A DNA stretch of 64,000 bases from Oopsacas minuta (taxonomy: Eukaryota; Animalia; Porifera): positions 124,001-188,000 of the forward strand of contig JAKMXF010000099.1 of assembly GCA_024704765.1 (NCBI GenBank), given 5' to 3'. This document shows, one piece after another, positions 62,190 through 64,000 of the stretch. Numbering within the stretch: the first letter of the stretch is position 1; the number at the start of each line of letters is the position of its first letter. Made by a program: the position numbers and the translations under genes. The notes below the pieces were generated by a model. The model was not told where the DNA came from and made no database searches. It saw only the letters and a list, made by a program, of their open reading frames with translations.

Positions 62190-63020
62190 TAACGTAGGTC
62201 ACGGTTCATGCTATTCTGGCCAAGTATCTGGGTATGTCCAAGATTTGCTCACTTTGGATCCCACATTTGTTGAATCAGACACAGAAGAAGACCCGGGTGA
62301 GAATTGCGAAAACAACCGCCTTGAAAAGTACGACCAATGTGATGAGAGGCGAATATTTGAAATATGTACCCGTGATGAGACGTGGATACGATATTCAGAG
62401 CCAACTCGTAAAGAACAGAACAAGGTATGGATTGTAAAAGGGAATTCTCTACCAAGACCGGATCCTTGGGCCACCAATGTAATGCAGACCATATTTTTCG
62501 ATGCACATGGTCCAGTCTGCTAAATCTGTACTCCTAACTTGCAAACAGTTACTGGGGCACTTTTATGCAACAGTTGATCTTCCGGAAATCGAAAAACATT
62601 ATGTTGAGCGTCGGCCAGCCACGGGTCTTGGAGGAATCAAAATTTTGCATGATAATGCCAAACCGCATAAATCTAAGGAAGTCAAGGAAAAGATTACTCC
62701 TAGAGGTCTTGAGGAGTTGGAACATCCATCCTATAGCCCCGACCTCGCATCGTGCGACTTTTGGCTGTTCGATGGGCTCAAAAAGCACCAAGCAGGTACA
62801 GTTATTGGAGAACGGATGCAAATTGGAAGGCCATCCAACGGTACCTCGGAGACATACAACAAGAAGAGTATAAGAAAACATTTTTCAAGTAGATAAAGCG
62901 TTTTTACTTGTAGTTGAGCACAGGGGAAACTACTTTGAACATTTATAGTCCAATTTGAGGCTTATCTCACTTATATAATACAATTATTCTAAGAGTTACG
63001 AATTAACTGAATACCCTTTG
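62190..63020 (+). mobile_element. 5'-truncated mariner (DD34D)
   Basis: KICSLWIPH, TRDETW, ILHDNAKPH, HPSYSPDLASCDFWLF; probable right end ..TGAATACCCTTTG-TA at 63020. Confidence 0.85.
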
Positions 63021-64000
63021 TAGTATGCGCGAATACTATACATCAGTATTTTGGCAGTAGCTTGAGTGCCTATAAAAGTGAATTTTTTGGTGCAGTTTTG
63101 GATATCCAATTTTTCTTAAAGTGTCTTAAAGTGCCTGCACTGCGAAGCCCAAATTCCAATTCCAAAACATTGAGTCTTTTTTATATGGCATCCACCATAT
63201 ACATCCCTCTGGGGCACTTTTATATGCTAATTTTGGGTGCCGGTGCTGGCAGTCAAATCTTTCTTTATTTACCAGCCTCGGAACCCTAAGTTTGTTCACT
63301 AACTATTGGTTCCAATTACATAATCGTGATAAATATGGACGAAAGAGTAGATTTCACTATTTATAGGTGTTCACCCGTGTTTTCATCTACGTTCTCATGA
63401 CCATATGCCTAAAATGAATTATTATTCATTTTATACCCCGAGACTATATACTGGACTTCCAATTGAACCTGGGCCTAGTATCGATAAATGTCCAACATTA
63501 GTTAGGTGCTGTCATGTGTTTGTATGTATTGATAATTCAAAGATTATTCTTCATAATCTATTTACCTCGGCTAAAGAGTATGTAACATATTCACAGAAGA
63601 AAATTCGAATATCTTAAGCCTAATAGCTCCAATTTGTTAGTGGACGCGTACCAATCTATATATTTTGTGTTATATATCAGCTAATGAGCTTGAGGTTATA
63701 TGTCTTTATTTCATAATTTGTGTTTAGAATTTGAAACATGGACATCCTTTTATTCTATTTTGGAACCTATTAAAATTAATATACTACTGCTTACAAATAG
63801 TGCCGGCGCTAGAAGGAGGCCAGGGGTCTTGAGTCCCACTGATATTGATGGATCACAGCTTCTCAATTACCACTGATCGTCAATATTCAAAAAATACCGT
63901 ACAGACTGTCGGAGCAAGTCTTTGTAGTATCGCTTCCAATTATATTCTTCTCTTATTACAATTTCCAGCCTATATATATATATGAACAGCCATTCCCAAA

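Overview
AT-rich eukaryotic (animal-like) DNA made almost entirely of transposable elements, many nested and most decayed; the species cannot be determined from the sequence. The only recognisable host coding sequence is the first exon of a malectin gene (51278-51658, +). The highlight is two complete, diverged Transib/RAG1-like DNA transposons lying tail-to-tail (13998-17370 +, 17923-21197 -). All four of their ends start with the exact RSS heptamer CACAGTG, and each element has its own perfect 5-bp target-site duplication (TAGGG, TATTA). Their disrupted transposases keep the DDE core and zinc-binding residues. They also show two features I associate with RAG1/RAG1L: a segment resembling the nonamer-binding domain and a C-terminal C-x2-C-x3-G-H-x5-C tail. 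Neither element has room for a RAG2-like gene, and one copy carries a spliceosomal intron the other lacks. A third, more divergent Transib-like fragment (49376-50661) and a solo heptamer end (30199) are also present. Other elements: an intact Tigger/pogo, a Harbinger with a nested near-intact Chapaev3-like element, several hATs and hAT/pogo MITEs (one three-level nest), two DD37E-spaced Tc1-like elements, another Tc1, two mariners, P-element/THAP9-like relics, MULE relics, a Ginger/Gypsy-type integrase relic and two LINE relics, one containing a 36-bp hairpin. All family assignments come from motifs recognised by eye; no database search was run.
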